Shown in pieces: positions 25,515-35,526 of a stretch of DNA of 46,164 nt; the stretch's first letter is position 1, and the number at the start of each line of letters is the position of its first letter. Both the position numbers and the translations under genes were made by a program. Location: assembly GCA_004367365.1 (NCBI GenBank), contig SESX01000002.1, positions 1 to 46,164 of the forward strand, read 5' to 3'. Source of the DNA: Candidatus Acetocimmeria pyornia (GTDB taxonomy: Bacteria; Bacillota; Sulfobacillia; UBA3575). The notes under the pieces were generated by a model. The model did not search any database, was not told the DNA's origin, and saw only the letters and a list, made by a program, of their open reading frames with translations.

Positions 25515-27548
25515 ATGAGGGTTCGCATCGGGACCAAGGTTTTCGGCGGTTTCCTGGTACTTCTTCTCATGCTGGGCGTTGGGCTTTACGTGGGGATGCT
25601 GAGCGGCAATAAGCTTGACGCTGAACTTCAAAAGTACGTTCAACACTATGTTCCTCTTTACCGTACGATGACAGGGTTGGAAGAGGCTTTCCTGAGACAG
25701 ACCGTCGCCGTCAAGGATTACCTCTTGTTTAATTCAAAGGGCAGCCGGTCCCGCGTCCAAGTCCACGGGGTGGCGCTCCAGGAGGCCCTGGCAACACTGG
25801 CGGCTGAACTCGAGGGGAGTAGTACCCAAGAAGAACTTGCCGCCCTCCAGTCGGCTTACGACCGGTACCGCTCAGAGCTGGAAACCGGGTTGGACCTGGC
25901 CGGGCAAGGAGACCGCGACCTGGCTGTCCAACATTTCTTTACCCAGTGGGACCAAGCCCGCAGGGACCTGGAGGCAGCCATCGAGGGGATGTTGGCCTGG
26001 CATGAAGAGCGCATGGCGAAAGAGGCCGGGCAGGCCAGTGCCCTCAAAAGTGGCATTTACCGGATGATGGTTGTCGGGACCGGTCTTGCCGTGGGCGCAG
26101 GGCTGCTGATGGCCTTCTTGATCACCATCAGCATTACCCGCCCGGTTAACCAACTGCTGGCCAAGTCTAGGATCTTGGCCACGGGGGACCTCTCCCAGGA
26201 GATTGACATCAAGAGTTCCGATGAAATCGGTCTCCTGGTTGACGCTTTCCGCGAGGTTACTTCCAGCCTGAGGGGGCTGGTAGCACGGATTGCGGACAGT
26301 GCCCGCGAAGTGGCGACCACAAGCCAGGAACTCTCCACTAGTGCCGGTGAGGTCTCCCGGGCTACGCGCGAAATCGCTGCCGCCATCGACGAGACCATTG
26401 AAGCGGTGAGTGGAGGTGCCGAGGAACAGCAGCAGCGGGTCCAGGAAGCGGTGATGGTTGTCCGCGAGCTAAGCCAGGCTATCGAGCAGATCGCCGAAGG
26501 GGCCCAGGAACAAGCCCGGAACGTCGACCAAACCTCGACGGTGATCAGCCGGATGGCCGAAGCCATTGAGGAAGTGGCCGAGAACGCGAAGGCGGCCTCA
26601 AGCGCATCGGCCCAAACGGCAGAAGTAGCCCAAAAGGGGTCCGACGCGGTAGGTGAGACCATCGAGGGCATGAACAGGATCCGGGAGACGGTTCTCGGGT
26701 TCGAGGCCAGGATTAAAGAGCTGGGTCAAAGGTCGGAGGAGATCGGGCAGATCGTCCAGATGATCAGTGATATTGCCGACCAGACCAACTTGCTTTCTCT
26801 CAATGCAGCCATTGAGGCTGCCCGGGCCGGGGAGCACGGGAAGGGATTCGCCGTGGTGGCCGATGAAGTGCGGAAACTAGCTGAGCGTTCGAGCCGGGCA
26901 ACCGGGCAGATCGAGGAATTGATCAAGAACATCCAGGTGGAAACAGAGAATGCGGTGACTGCCATCGAGGCAGGGACAAGGGAAGTGGAAAAGGGCGTCC
27001 ACCTGGCTGAAAAGGCCGGGACAGCCTTAAGGGAGATCCTGGAAATGGCCCATGCCGCCAAGGGGCAGATCGAAAAGATCTCGGCTGCCGCCCAGACCAT
27101 CAGCGCCAACAGCAAAGAGGTGGTAAAGGCGGTTGACAACCTGGCCAGCATCACCGAGGAGAACACGGCAGCTGCCGAGGAGATGTCGGCCGGGAGCGCC
27201 CAGGTGGAGGAGGCCGTGAGGCGGATCGGGGCCGTTTCTGAAGAAAGCGCAGAGGTCATCAAGGCGGTCAGGGGAACCACCGACGAGATCACGACCTCGA
27301 CGACGGAAATTGCCGGGCTGGCAGAGGACTTGAGCCAGATGGCACGTGAACTCCGGGGCCTGGTCTCCAGGTTTAAGCTGGAAGAAGCAGGCGAGGAGGA
27401 TGATCGCGGCAAGACCGAAGAAGACACCGGCCAGAACCAAGCTGTCCAAGACCTCCCCGCTGGAGGCTCCGAAACACCCCAAGACGAAAAGGAAAGCAGC
27501 GGTGGGGACGACCTTGAAAAGGGGAAAGGGGGCGAAACCATTGGCTGA
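25515..27548 (+). CDS. Methyl-accepting chemotaxis protein (4-helix-bundle sensor, HAMP, MA domain, acidic C-terminal tail)
   Basis: TM1 at the N-terminus and TM2 followed by HAMP ([22 protein letters not shown]). Highly conserved signalling hairpin [40 protein letters not shown]. Confidence 0.9.
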   Translation: MRVRIGTKVFGGFLVLLLMLGVGLYVGMLSGNKLDAELQKYVQHYVPLYRTMTGLEEAFLRQTVAVKDYLLFNSKGSRSRVQVHGVALQEALATLAAELEGSSTQEELAALQSAYDRYRSELETGLDLAGQGDRDLAVQHFFTQWDQARRDLEAAIEGMLAWHEERMAKEAGQASALKSGIYRMMVVGTGLAVGAGLLMAFLITISITRPVNQLLAKSRILATGDLSQEIDIKSSDEIGLLVDAFREVTSSLRGLVARIADSAREVATTSQELSTSAGEVSRATREIAAAIDETIEAVSGGAEEQQQRVQEAVMVVRELSQAIEQIAEGAQEQARNVDQTSTVISRMAEAIEEVAENAKAASSASAQTAEVAQKGSDAVGETIEGMNRIRETVLGFEARIKELGQRSEEIGQIVQMISDIADQTNLLSLNAAIEAARAGEHGKGFAVVADEVRKLAERSSRATGQIEELIKNIQVETENAVTAIEAGTREVEKGVHLAEKAGTALREILEMAHAAKGQIEKISAAAQTISANSKEVVKAVDNLASITEENTAAAEEMSAGSAQVEEAVRRIGAVSEESAEVIKAVRGTTDEITTSTTEIAGLAEDLSQMARELRGLVSRFKLEEAGEEDDRGKTEEDTGQNQAVQDLPAGGSETPQDEKESSGGDDLEKGKGGETIG

Positions 27549-28038
27549 CCATGGTCAAGGCCAGGCCTTCCAAGACGGCCAGTACGTGGTCTTTGAACTT
27601 GGGGATGAGACATACGGAGTCGATATTGCCGACGTGCGGGAAATCATTACCATGCAGAAGGTGACCAGGGTCCCGCGGGCCCCGGAGTTTGTGGAAGGGG
27701 TCATCAACCTGAGGGGTAAGATCATCCCCGTCATTGACCTCAGGTTGAGGTTCGGGCTTCCCGCCGCGGAGGCTACCCGGTCCACACGGGTGGTGGTGGT
27801 GGAAATGGAAGAAAAAAGCATCGGGCTGGTCGTGGATGCGGTTTCAGAGGTTCTCCAGGTGGAGGGCTCCTGCATTGAACCACCGTCACCGGTCATCAGC
27901 GGGGTTGATACAGCATACCTGGCAGGGATTGCCAATTTGGAAGACCGTCTGGTCATCATCCTCGATCTGAGCAAGGTCTTGAGTGCCGGGGAAAAAGAAG
28001 AGCTGGCTGCTGCTTCCCTGGAATCTGAGGCCGTTTGA
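27541..28038 (+). CDS. cheW: Chemotaxis coupling protein CheW
   Basis: [21 protein letters not shown] ... [22 protein letters not shown] 27541 follows AAGGGGAAAGGGGG. 8-nt overlap with the mcp stop. Confidence 0.85.
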   Translation: MADHGQGQAFQDGQYVVFELGDETYGVDIADVREIITMQKVTRVPRAPEFVEGVINLRGKIIPVIDLRLRFGLPAAEATRSTRVVVVEMEEKSIGLVVDAVSEVLQVEGSCIEPPSPVISGVDTAYLAGIANLEDRLVIILDLSKVLSAGEKEELAAASLESEAV

Positions 28039-28052
28039 GCTGGGGGGTCTTT

Positions 28053-30155
28053 ATGGACGAGATCATTGGCCCTGAAGAAATAGCGGTTTTCCTTGAGGAG
28101 GCCGAGGAACAGCTCCAGTTGATGGAGGAAAACGTCCTCCGCATGGAAGAAGAGGGGGCTGCCCCAGACCTCTTGGATGAGATCTTCCGGGCTGCCCATA
28201 CCCTCAAGGGCTCGGCGGCTACCCTCGGTTATTCCAGGATGGCGGAACTGGCCCACGGCCTGGAGGAACTCCTGGACGGGCTCAGGAAGGGGCGGCTTGC
28301 GGTTGGAACCGAAGTGATCCAAGCCCTCCTGGACGGCCTGGACTTCTTGAGGTCCATGTTAAACGAGATCGCCGAGGGCAAGGGAGAAGTCGATTTTCCC
28401 GGGGTGGACAAGGCCACCGGTCGCATCCGGGCCCTGGTGGAAGCCGTCTCCGCGGCGGAGGGACAAGCGGCGGCCGGGGCCGGCGCCGCGGCAGGTTCCG
28501 GGTCTCGGCCCAAACCAGAACCTTCGGCACCAGCACGGCCAGAACCTGGACCGGGTGCGGCGGAGGTACAGGGAGCCCTCTACCAAGTTTCTGTGAAGAT
28601 CGCCGCAGACTGCCTGATGCCTGCGGTTCGGGCCTTTCAGGTGGTCATGGCTCTGGATGAACTAGGCCAAATCGTGGCCTCAGACCCTACCCTGGAAGAG
28701 ATCGAGGACGAGAAGGTAAAGGATACCCTCACAGTACAGGTAAGGACACGGGCAGCAGAAGGTGAGCTGGAGGAAAAACTGGCCGGTATTGCGGACCTTG
28801 ACCGCATCGAAATCAGCCGGGTGGCGGTGGCCGATGGAGTGGATTCAGAAGTGTATCCAGATGAAGGTGGGCTCTCTTCGTTTTCGGGTGGGTCACCCAG
28901 CCCGAGCCCGGATGAGGGCAGCGGCGAGTCTCGGGTCCGGCGTACGGTGAGGGTCGATGTCGGGGTCCTGGACAACCTCCTGAACCTGGTGGGGGAGCTG
29001 GTTATTGACCGGACCCGGCTGGAGCAGGTCTGCCGGAACCTGCGGGTTTTGGAGGGGACAGGGGAGTTAACCCAGGACCTGGACCGCCTCACTGCCAATA
29101 TCGGGCGGACGACAGACCTTCTCCAGGAGTCTATTATGAAGGCAAGGATGCTTCCAATCGAGGTTCTGTTCCGGAAGTTTCCCCGCTTGGTGCGGGATCT
29201 CGGCCGGGACCTGGGCAAGGAAGTGGAGTTCATGATGCTCGGCCAGGACACCGAACTGGACCGTTCGGTGCTCGAGGAAATCGGTGACCCCTTGATCCAC
29301 CTGTTACGCAACAGTATTGACCATGGCCTGGAACCCCCTCGTGAAAGGGAAGCGGCCGGCAAGCCGCGCAAAGGGCGGGTGGTTCTTTCGGCCCGGCACG
29401 AGGAAAACCAGATGGTCATCACGGTTGAGGACGACGGCAGGGGTATCGATACCGAAAAGGTCAAGAAACTGGCCGTGGAAAAAGGGATTCTACCACCGGA
29501 TGTTGCGGAAAGGTCGACGCGAGACGAGCTTCTGGCGACAGTTTTTTATCCTGGTTTTAGTACAGCGGGGCAGGTCAGCGAGGTTTCTGGACGCGGGGTA
29601 GGACTGGATGTGGTCAAGAAAAACATTGAGAAGCTCAACGGCTCTGTCCAGGTGGAAACCTGGTTAGGCAAGGGGACCAGGTTCACCATCCGCCTGCCCC
29701 TGACCTTGGCCATCATCAGGGCCCTCCTGGTCCGGTGCGAGGGGGAGGTCTATGCCATACCCCTTTCCTCCGTGGTGGAGACGGTATGTCCCGACAAGGA
29801 CCAGGTGGAGACGGTGGCCGGGCGGCCCGTCTTGGTCCTGCGTGACGAGGTCCTTCCCCTTGTCTCTCTGGCCCAGTTGTTTGGCCTCGGCCAGGCGAGT
29901 TACACGGAACCTGGTGCACAGGAGGACCAGGAGCACTACGTGGTCCTAGTCAGGGTTTCCGGCCGGACGTTTGGCTTGGTGGTGGACGCCCTCGTCGGGG
30001 AGCAGGAAGTGGTCATCAAGGGCCTGGGTGAATTCCTCAACGATATTCCCGGGTTTTCAGGGGCAACCATTCTTGGGGACGGCGGAGTGGCCCTGATCCT
30101 GGACGTACCTGGGCTTTTGTCTTCCCCCAACATGGGCGCAGTGGGTGAGGGTTGA
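28053..30155 (+). CDS. cheA: Chemotaxis histidine kinase CheA
   Basis: Hpt motif AAHTLKGSAATLG, dimerisation and HATPase regions (DHGLE, DDGRGID, GRGVGLDVV), C-terminal CheW-like domain. Confidence 0.95.
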   Translation: MDEIIGPEEIAVFLEEAEEQLQLMEENVLRMEEEGAAPDLLDEIFRAAHTLKGSAATLGYSRMAELAHGLEELLDGLRKGRLAVGTEVIQALLDGLDFLRSMLNEIAEGKGEVDFPGVDKATGRIRALVEAVSAAEGQAAAGAGAAAGSGSRPKPEPSAPARPEPGPGAAEVQGALYQVSVKIAADCLMPAVRAFQVVMALDELGQIVASDPTLEEIEDEKVKDTLTVQVRTRAAEGELEEKLAGIADLDRIEISRVAVADGVDSEVYPDEGGLSSFSGGSPSPSPDEGSGESRVRRTVRVDVGVLDNLLNLVGELVIDRTRLEQVCRNLRVLEGTGELTQDLDRLTANIGRTTDLLQESIMKARMLPIEVLFRKFPRLVRDLGRDLGKEVEFMMLGQDTELDRSVLEEIGDPLIHLLRNSIDHGLEPPREREAAGKPRKGRVVLSARHEENQMVITVEDDGRGIDTEKVKKLAVEKGILPPDVAERSTRDELLATVFYPGFSTAGQVSEVSGRGVGLDVVKKNIEKLNGSVQVETWLGKGTRFTIRLPLTLAIIRALLVRCEGEVYAIPLSSVVETVCPDKDQVETVAGRPVLVLRDEVLPLVSLAQLFGLGQASYTEPGAQEDQEHYVVLVRVSGRTFGLVVDALVGEQEVVIKGLGEFLNDIPGFSGATILGDGGVALILDVPGLLSSPNMGAVGEG

Positions 30156-30168
30156 AGGAGCTGTAGGC

Positions 30169-30669
30169 GTGAGGAAAACGATTTCCCTGGGCCGGGGAGA
30201 GTTCCGCGTCGCAGATGACCCAGAAGCTGTCCTCGTGATTTACGGTCTGGGTTCATGCGTTGGCTTGACCATGTACGACCCTTCCACGTCCACCGGAGCC
30301 ATGGCCCATATTGTCCTGCCGCGGGGGCCGGCGGACGAAGCCCGGAAACAACCGGGCAAGTTCGCTGATTACGCTGTACCTTTCCTCCTCCACCAGTTGG
30401 AGATGAAGGGGGCCCGGAGGGAACGCCTCGTGATCCGCATCGCCGGCGGCAGTGATATGTTTGCAGGGGTCGGGCGTTTTCCGTTAACCTCCCTGGACAG
30501 GATCGGTCTCCTGAATGTAAAGGCTGTCCAGGAAGCGGTCCAAAAGGAAGGATTGCGGGTCCATGCTTCCGATGTTGAAGGCCAGCAGGCCCGGACGATG
30601 CTCTTGTTTATTGATACCGGCCGGGTTTTGATCAGGAAGCCGGGGCAGCCGGAGTTGGAGTTGGAGTAA
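30169..30669 (+). CDS. cheD: Chemoreceptor glutamine deamidase CheD
   Basis: GLGSCVGLTMYDP (catalytic Cys region), AMAHIVLP. GTG 30169 follows GAAGGAG. Confidence 0.85.
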   Translation: MRKTISLGRGEFRVADDPEAVLVIYGLGSCVGLTMYDPSTSTGAMAHIVLPRGPADEARKQPGKFADYAVPFLLHQLEMKGARRERLVIRIAGGSDMFAGVGRFPLTSLDRIGLLNVKAVQEAVQKEGLRVHASDVEGQQARTMLLFIDTGRVLIRKPGQPELELE

Positions 30670-30728
30670 GGTCGGTGGCGCGTAGGATACTGGTTCGAAT
30701 GGGTTCCGGATTGTCGGAAAGGGGGGGG

Positions 30729-31100
30729 ATGATGTTGCCCAAGGTTCTTGTGGTTGATGACGCGGCCTTTATGCGCATGCGGAGCCGGCAGCTTCTCACC
30801 GAGCACGGGTACCAGGTTGAGGAAGCCGAGAATGGGCAGGAGGCCGTCGAGAAATACAAAGAGAACAGGCCGGACGTGGTTCTCATGGACATTACGATGC
30901 CGGTGATGGACGGGATTACGGCCACGAAAGAGATTATGAAGCTTGATCAAGGAGCCAGGATTGTCATCTGCAGTGCCATGGGGCAGCAGTCCATGGTCAT
31001 CGAAGCCGTGAAGGCCGGGGCCAAGGACTTTATCGTTAAGCCGTACCAGCCGGAAAAAGTCCTCTCGGCCATCAAGAAACAAGCTGAAAATTCAGGTTGA
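30729..31100 (+). CDS. cheY: Chemotaxis response regulator CheY
   Basis: KVLVVDDAAFMR ... VVLMDITMPVMDG ... AKDFIVKPY. Single receiver domain. G-rich RBS before ATG 30729. Confidence 0.9.
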   Translation: MMLPKVLVVDDAAFMRMRSRQLLTEHGYQVEEAENGQEAVEKYKENRPDVVLMDITMPVMDGITATKEIMKLDQGARIVICSAMGQQSMVIEAVKAGAKDFIVKPYQPEKVLSAIKKQAENSG

Positions 31101-31140
31101 GGCCTGTTTGTGCCGTAGGAAAGTACAAGGGGCGAAGGTC

Positions 31141-32256
31141 ATGAAAAGGCTTAGGGTGCTGGTAGTTGACGATTCCGCTTTCATGCGGAAAATCATTTCG
31201 AACCTGATTAACGAAGCCCCAGGACTTGAGGCCGTGGGGACGGCTCGAGACGGTCAGGACGCCCTGGCGAAGGTGAGAGAGTTCAAGCCAGACGTGATTA
31301 CCCTGGACGTGGAAATGCCGCGCATGGACGGCCTAACCTTTCTGAAAAGGCTCATGGCCGACCATCCCATCCCGGTGGTGATGCTCAGCAGTCTAACCCA
31401 GAAAAATGCCCAGACCACCATCCAGGCCCTCAGCCTAGGGGCCGTGGACTTTGTTGCCAAGCCGTCAGGAACCATCTCCCTCGACATCAGAAAGGTCGGG
31501 GATGAACTGGTCAGAAAGTTGAAGGCGGCAGCAAAGGTCAATACCGATAATCTTCTCCAGGGTACTGCTGGTCAGGGCCGAAGGCCGCCTGCCCGGGTGA
31601 AGGACCAAGAGCAGGTTGTAGTTCCGGGGAGTACTGCTTCCCGGGTGGTGGTAATCGGGGCTTCGACGGGAGGGCCTGGCGCCCTGCAGGTGGTCATCCC
31701 GTCCCTCCCAGGTTCTCTAGCTGCCGGTGTCCTGGTGGTCCAGCACATGCCACCTGGTTTCACCCGTTCCCTGGCGGAACGGCTTGACTCTGTTTCCGCC
31801 CTCCGGGTTAAGGAGGCGCAAAGGGGTGACCCCATTAGAGAGGGTTCCGTCCTGGTGGCACCGGGCGGACACCACCTGGTGGTAACCCCGGACCGGACGG
31901 TAACCCTGGAGGATTCGCCCCCGGTGCACGGGGTGAGGCCGGCAGTGGACGTGACCCTCAAGAGTGCGGTTAGGGTCTACGGAGGGCAGATCCTTGGCGT
32001 GATCCTCACTGGAATGGGGTTTGACGGGGCCCAGGGGGTCGCCCAGGTGAGACGGGCCGGTGGTAAAAGTATCGCGCAGGACGAGGCCACCTGTGTCGTC
32101 TACGGCATGCCCAGGGCAGTGGTGGAAATGGGAAATGCCGACCGCGTTCTACCCCTGGACGAGATTGGGCAACAGATCACCAGGATGGTGGGTAGGAGGA
32201 GAGCATGGATACCCTGTCGGAGTACCAGTATTTCTGCCAGAAGGTCCAGCAGCTAA
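31141..32256 (+). CDS. cheB: Protein-glutamate methylesterase CheB
   Basis: Receiver domain (RVLVVDDSAFMRK, ITLDVEMPRMDG) plus esterase domain (VVIGASTGGPGAL, VQHMPPGFT, GMGFDG). Confidence 0.9.
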   Translation: MKRLRVLVVDDSAFMRKIISNLINEAPGLEAVGTARDGQDALAKVREFKPDVITLDVEMPRMDGLTFLKRLMADHPIPVVMLSSLTQKNAQTTIQALSLGAVDFVAKPSGTISLDIRKVGDELVRKLKAAAKVNTDNLLQGTAGQGRRPPARVKDQEQVVVPGSTASRVVVIGASTGGPGALQVVIPSLPGSLAAGVLVVQHMPPGFTRSLAERLDSVSALRVKEAQRGDPIREGSVLVAPGGHHLVVTPDRTVTLEDSPPVHGVRPAVDVTLKSAVRVYGGQILGVILTGMGFDGAQGVAQVRRAGGKSIAQDEATCVVYGMPRAVVEMGNADRVLPLDEIGQQITRMVGRRRAWIPCRSTSISARRSSS

Positions 32257-33014
32257 CTGGCTTTGACCTCTCGAGCTACAAACCAAACCAGATGGTGCGC
32301 CGCTTGGGCACCCTCATGGGGCGCAACCGGGTATCATCCTTTACCGAGTACTTCCGGCTCTTGGAACGTGATGCCGAGCGCCGGCGGGAGTTCATTGATT
32401 TCTTGACCATCAATGTTTCCGAGTTCTTCCGTAACCCTGGGAGGTTTGATTTTCTCAAGGAAAGGGTGATCACGGAACTGGCCGCAGGTGGGACCGAATT
32501 GAAGGTCTGGAGTGCCGGCTGTTCCACCGGTGAAGAGCCGTACTCGGTGGCCATGATCCTGGACGAACTTGGGGTTCTGGACCGAGCCCAGATCCATGCC
32601 ACCGATGTGGACGAACAGGCCCTGGAACAAGCTGCGGGGGGCTGGTATGAACCCCTGCCCCTGAGAAACGTAAGCACCGGGAGGCTGGACCGGTATTTTT
32701 TCAGGGACGGAGACAACTACCGGGTAGTGGACCGGATCCGACAGGCAGTGAGTTTTCGTCGCCACGACCTCTTGAAGGATGCTTACGGCAGCGGCTATGA
32801 CCTGATCCTCTGCCGCAACGTGGTGATCTATTTTACCGAGAGTAGCAAGGAGCGGATTTACCGACTGTTCCGCGCTGCCTTGAAACCGGGAGGGTATCTC
32901 TTTACCGGCGGGACGGAAACCATCCTGGGTGCACGGGAATTGGGGCTGACCAGTGTTTCCCCCTGCTTTTATCGAAAAGCGACTGGCACGGCCCCGCGGG
33001 AAGGGAGGAAATAA
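32205..33014 (+). CDS. cheR: Chemotaxis protein methyltransferase CheR
   Basis: RBS GGAGGAGAG. INVSEFFRNP, KVWSAGCSTGEEPYS, DLILCRNVVIYF. 52-nt overlap with the cheB 3' end. Confidence 0.9.
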   Translation: MDTLSEYQYFCQKVQQLTGFDLSSYKPNQMVRRLGTLMGRNRVSSFTEYFRLLERDAERRREFIDFLTINVSEFFRNPGRFDFLKERVITELAAGGTELKVWSAGCSTGEEPYSVAMILDELGVLDRAQIHATDVDEQALEQAAGGWYEPLPLRNVSTGRLDRYFFRDGDNYRVVDRIRQAVSFRRHDLLKDAYGSGYDLILCRNVVIYFTESSKERIYRLFRAALKPGGYLFTGGTETILGARELGLTSVSPCFYRKATGTAPREGRK

Positions 33015-33016
33015 GG

Positions 33017-33538
33017 GTGAAAGTCGAATTTATCAACCCCTTTGTTGAGGCTGCCTACCGGGTGCTGAAGCAGGAGGTTGGGGCTGAGATTGAAAAGGGA
33101 CAACTGAGTATTGTGGAGTCTGCCCACACCTCGGAGGAGGTCACGGTCATGATCGGGGTGGTGGGAAGGGTGCAGGGGGCAGTCTTCTACGGCATGTCCG
33201 AAAAGACGGCCAAGCAGATGGCCGCCAAGATGTTGGGCCAGAGCACCCCGGTTTTTGACTCCATGGCGGAAAGCGCCATCGCCGAACTGGGCAACGTCAT
33301 CACCGGCCTGGCGAGCGGTGGACTGGAAAAAGCCGGGTACCAGTGCCGGCTCGCCCCCCCTACGGTGATCTTCGGCAGGGGTGTCATTATTTCAACCGTC
33401 AATATCAAGAGATTGGTTATTCCCCTTTCCACCCAGTACGGGCGGATCCAGATCAATGTGGCACTGCGTGAAAATGGTCCTCCCCTTGAACTTAACGCCC
33501 CCGGGTCAGGGGCCGGCGAGCAGGTCCGGCGCCTCTGA
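33017..33538 (+). CDS. cheX: CheX/CheC-like CheY-P phosphatase family protein
   Basis: INPFVEAAYRVL ... SAIAELGNVITG (CheC-like E-x2-N motif). Position at the end of the che operon. Confidence 0.7.
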   Translation: MKVEFINPFVEAAYRVLKQEVGAEIEKGQLSIVESAHTSEEVTVMIGVVGRVQGAVFYGMSEKTAKQMAAKMLGQSTPVFDSMAESAIAELGNVITGLASGGLEKAGYQCRLAPPTVIFGRGVIISTVNIKRLVIPLSTQYGRIQINVALRENGPPLELNAPGSGAGEQVRRL

Positions 33539-33567
33539 CCTTAACCCCTATACCTGACCTTCCGGCA

Positions 33568-33641
33568 CAGCTGACCTCCTGGTCCCCTGCTTTCCTGTCT
33601 TTCGGTGTTGTGCATCTTACCTCTTGAGGGGAGGTCAGCTG
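33568..33641. repeat. Perfect 12-bp inverted repeat (cagctgacctcc / ggaggtcagctg) separated by 50 nt between convergent genes
   Basis: Read directly. The distal arm overlaps the stop codon of the minus-strand gene 33635..33994. Confidence 0.5.
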
Positions 33642-33994
33642 GTCTCTTGTTTGAGGACATGAGCCTTGAGGTAGAGGTGGAGGGGCCACTCACTGATGCC
33701 AACCAGAACAGCGGAGACCAGGATGGCCTGGAGATTGGACTGCACCCCGGTGGGTAGGAGTGTGGAAACAGCGCCCAGGACGATCACCGCCAGGATGATG
33801 TCGGCTACCAGGGCCGCCCGGCCACCGTAGAGTTCCAGAACCGTCAGGTCTACAATTGGATAACCCATCATGACCAGAACCAGGGTTGCAAAAATGGCGG
33901 CGTTGAGCTTCATGGGCCCCAGGGCGGGAAAGACCGTACCCAGGATCACACCAACCACCACGGCCTTCAGAACAACGGCAAAAACGTGCTTCAT
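33635..33994 (-). CDS. Small integral membrane protein (about 4 TM helices), family uncertain
   Basis: 119 aa, almost entirely hydrophobic helices (VFAVVLKAVVVGVILGTVF, AAIFATLVLVMMGYPIV, ALVADIILAVIVLGAV, AILVSAVLVGI). Confidence 0.7.
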   Translation of the reverse strand: MKHVFAVVLKAVVVGVILGTVFPALGPMKLNAAIFATLVLVMMGYPIVDLTVLELYGGRAALVADIILAVIVLGAVSTLLPTGVQSNLQAILVSAVLVGISEWPLHLYLKAHVLKQETS

Positions 33995-34467
33995 GCTTCA
34001 TGTACAACTCCCTTCTGTGAAGAAGCGTGGGTTGTTTCCACCCCTTAATTCTTTTTCCAGGCCTTGTGGAGAATTACCTTCCTGGGCCAGTGGATTTACA
34101 GTATATTATACCCCCTTAATTACCAAGAAGCCACGGGCACCAGCCTGCCCATCCTCCACCCAACGGAATGCCTCTTGGCAGCCGGCATTTCCTTTATGCT
34201 GCCTTAAGGGGCGGCACCATGGGGGGTGAAGGAGGCCGCATCCTCGCGGAAGCTTTTTACGCCACGCCGGCGGCAGCACCAAGTGAGCATGAGAAGAGGT
34301 GGCTCGCAAGGGCTTGACTGGGTAGTAGCATCAGAACCTGTCGGCCTGGGCCCGGCATTTTCCGGCCCGGGAGAATGCCGCCGGGGCCCGGAGGCATCAC
34401 CAGCAGGAAAGTGCTGGATCAAGGGAGAAAATAGGGGACAATAACCCTAGAATACAACTGGGAAAGG

Positions 34468-35526
34468 ATGAAAAAGGTGAGCAATCAAGTGTCACAAGCC
34501 AGGGTAGCAGTTGTCCAGTCGGCCCCGGTGTTCATGGACCGTCAGGCTACCGTCGAGAAGGTCTGCCGGCTCATCCGGGAAGCTGCCCAGCAAAAGCCCC
34601 GCCTGATTATGTTTCCGGAAGCCTTTGTTTCCGCTTACCCGTGGCGGCTTTATTTCGGCACCACGGTGGGCAGAAGGGAACCGCTGGGCCGAAAGGCGTG
34701 GCTCAGGTACTGGCGCAGTGCTGTAGAGGTCCCGGGCCCGGACACCGAGGCCATGGGCGTGGCTGCCCGCGAGGCAGGTGCCTACGTGGCCGTCGGGGTT
34801 ATTGAGCGTGATACCACCTACAGTGGCGGTACCCTTTACTGCACGGTCCTTTTCTTCGGTCCTGACGGCTCCCTGCTGGGCAAGCACCGCAAGCTTAAAC
34901 CCACTGCTGCCGAGCGCTACCTCTGGGGTGAGGGGGACGGGAGCACGATGCCGGTTCTAAAGACCGAGATGGGTCGGGTGGGTGCCCTCATCTGCTGGGA
35001 AAACTACATGCCCCTGGCCCGGATGGCCATGTACGCCAAGGGGGTCGAGCTCTACCTGGCCCCCACGGCCGATTCCCGGGATTCCTGGCAGGCTACCATT
35101 CGCCATATTGCCTGCGAAGGCCGGTGTTTTGTTCTCTCCTGCTGCCAGTACGTGACCAGGGACATGTACCCCCAGGACCTGGAGGTGATGGAGGAACTGG
35201 AAGGGGCCCCGGAGGTCATCTCCCGCGGGGGCAGTGCCATCGTCAATCCCATGGGCGAATACGTGGCCGGTCCCCTTTTCGGCGAGGAAGGGATCCTGGT
35301 GGCCGACCTGGACCTCTCCCTCATTGCCCAGGGGAAGTATGATTTCGACGTCGTGGGGCACTATGCTCGTCCCGATGTCTTCAAGCTGGTCGTGAACGAG
35401 AAACCCCTGGTTCCGGTGGAAACCACCGGCGCGCCGGAAGGGGTTCAGGTGCCGGGCGCAACCGCGGCGGCAAACCGTGAAGCCGAAGACGGTGCGGGGG
35501 GCCGAGGAAGGGGGCCAGGGTCCTAG
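34468..35526 (+). CDS. Nitrilase-superfamily hydrolase (nitrilase branch)
   Basis: Glu-Lys-Cys triad contexts MFPEAF, HRKLKPT, LICWENYMPL. 352 aa with a Gly/Arg/Ala-rich C-terminal tail. Confidence 0.9.
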   Translation: MKKVSNQVSQARVAVVQSAPVFMDRQATVEKVCRLIREAAQQKPRLIMFPEAFVSAYPWRLYFGTTVGRREPLGRKAWLRYWRSAVEVPGPDTEAMGVAAREAGAYVAVGVIERDTTYSGGTLYCTVLFFGPDGSLLGKHRKLKPTAAERYLWGEGDGSTMPVLKTEMGRVGALICWENYMPLARMAMYAKGVELYLAPTADSRDSWQATIRHIACEGRCFVLSCCQYVTRDMYPQDLEVMEELEGAPEVISRGGSAIVNPMGEYVAGPLFGEEGILVADLDLSLIAQGKYDFDVVGHYARPDVFKLVVNEKPLVPVETTGAPEGVQVPGATAAANREAEDGAGGRGRGPGS

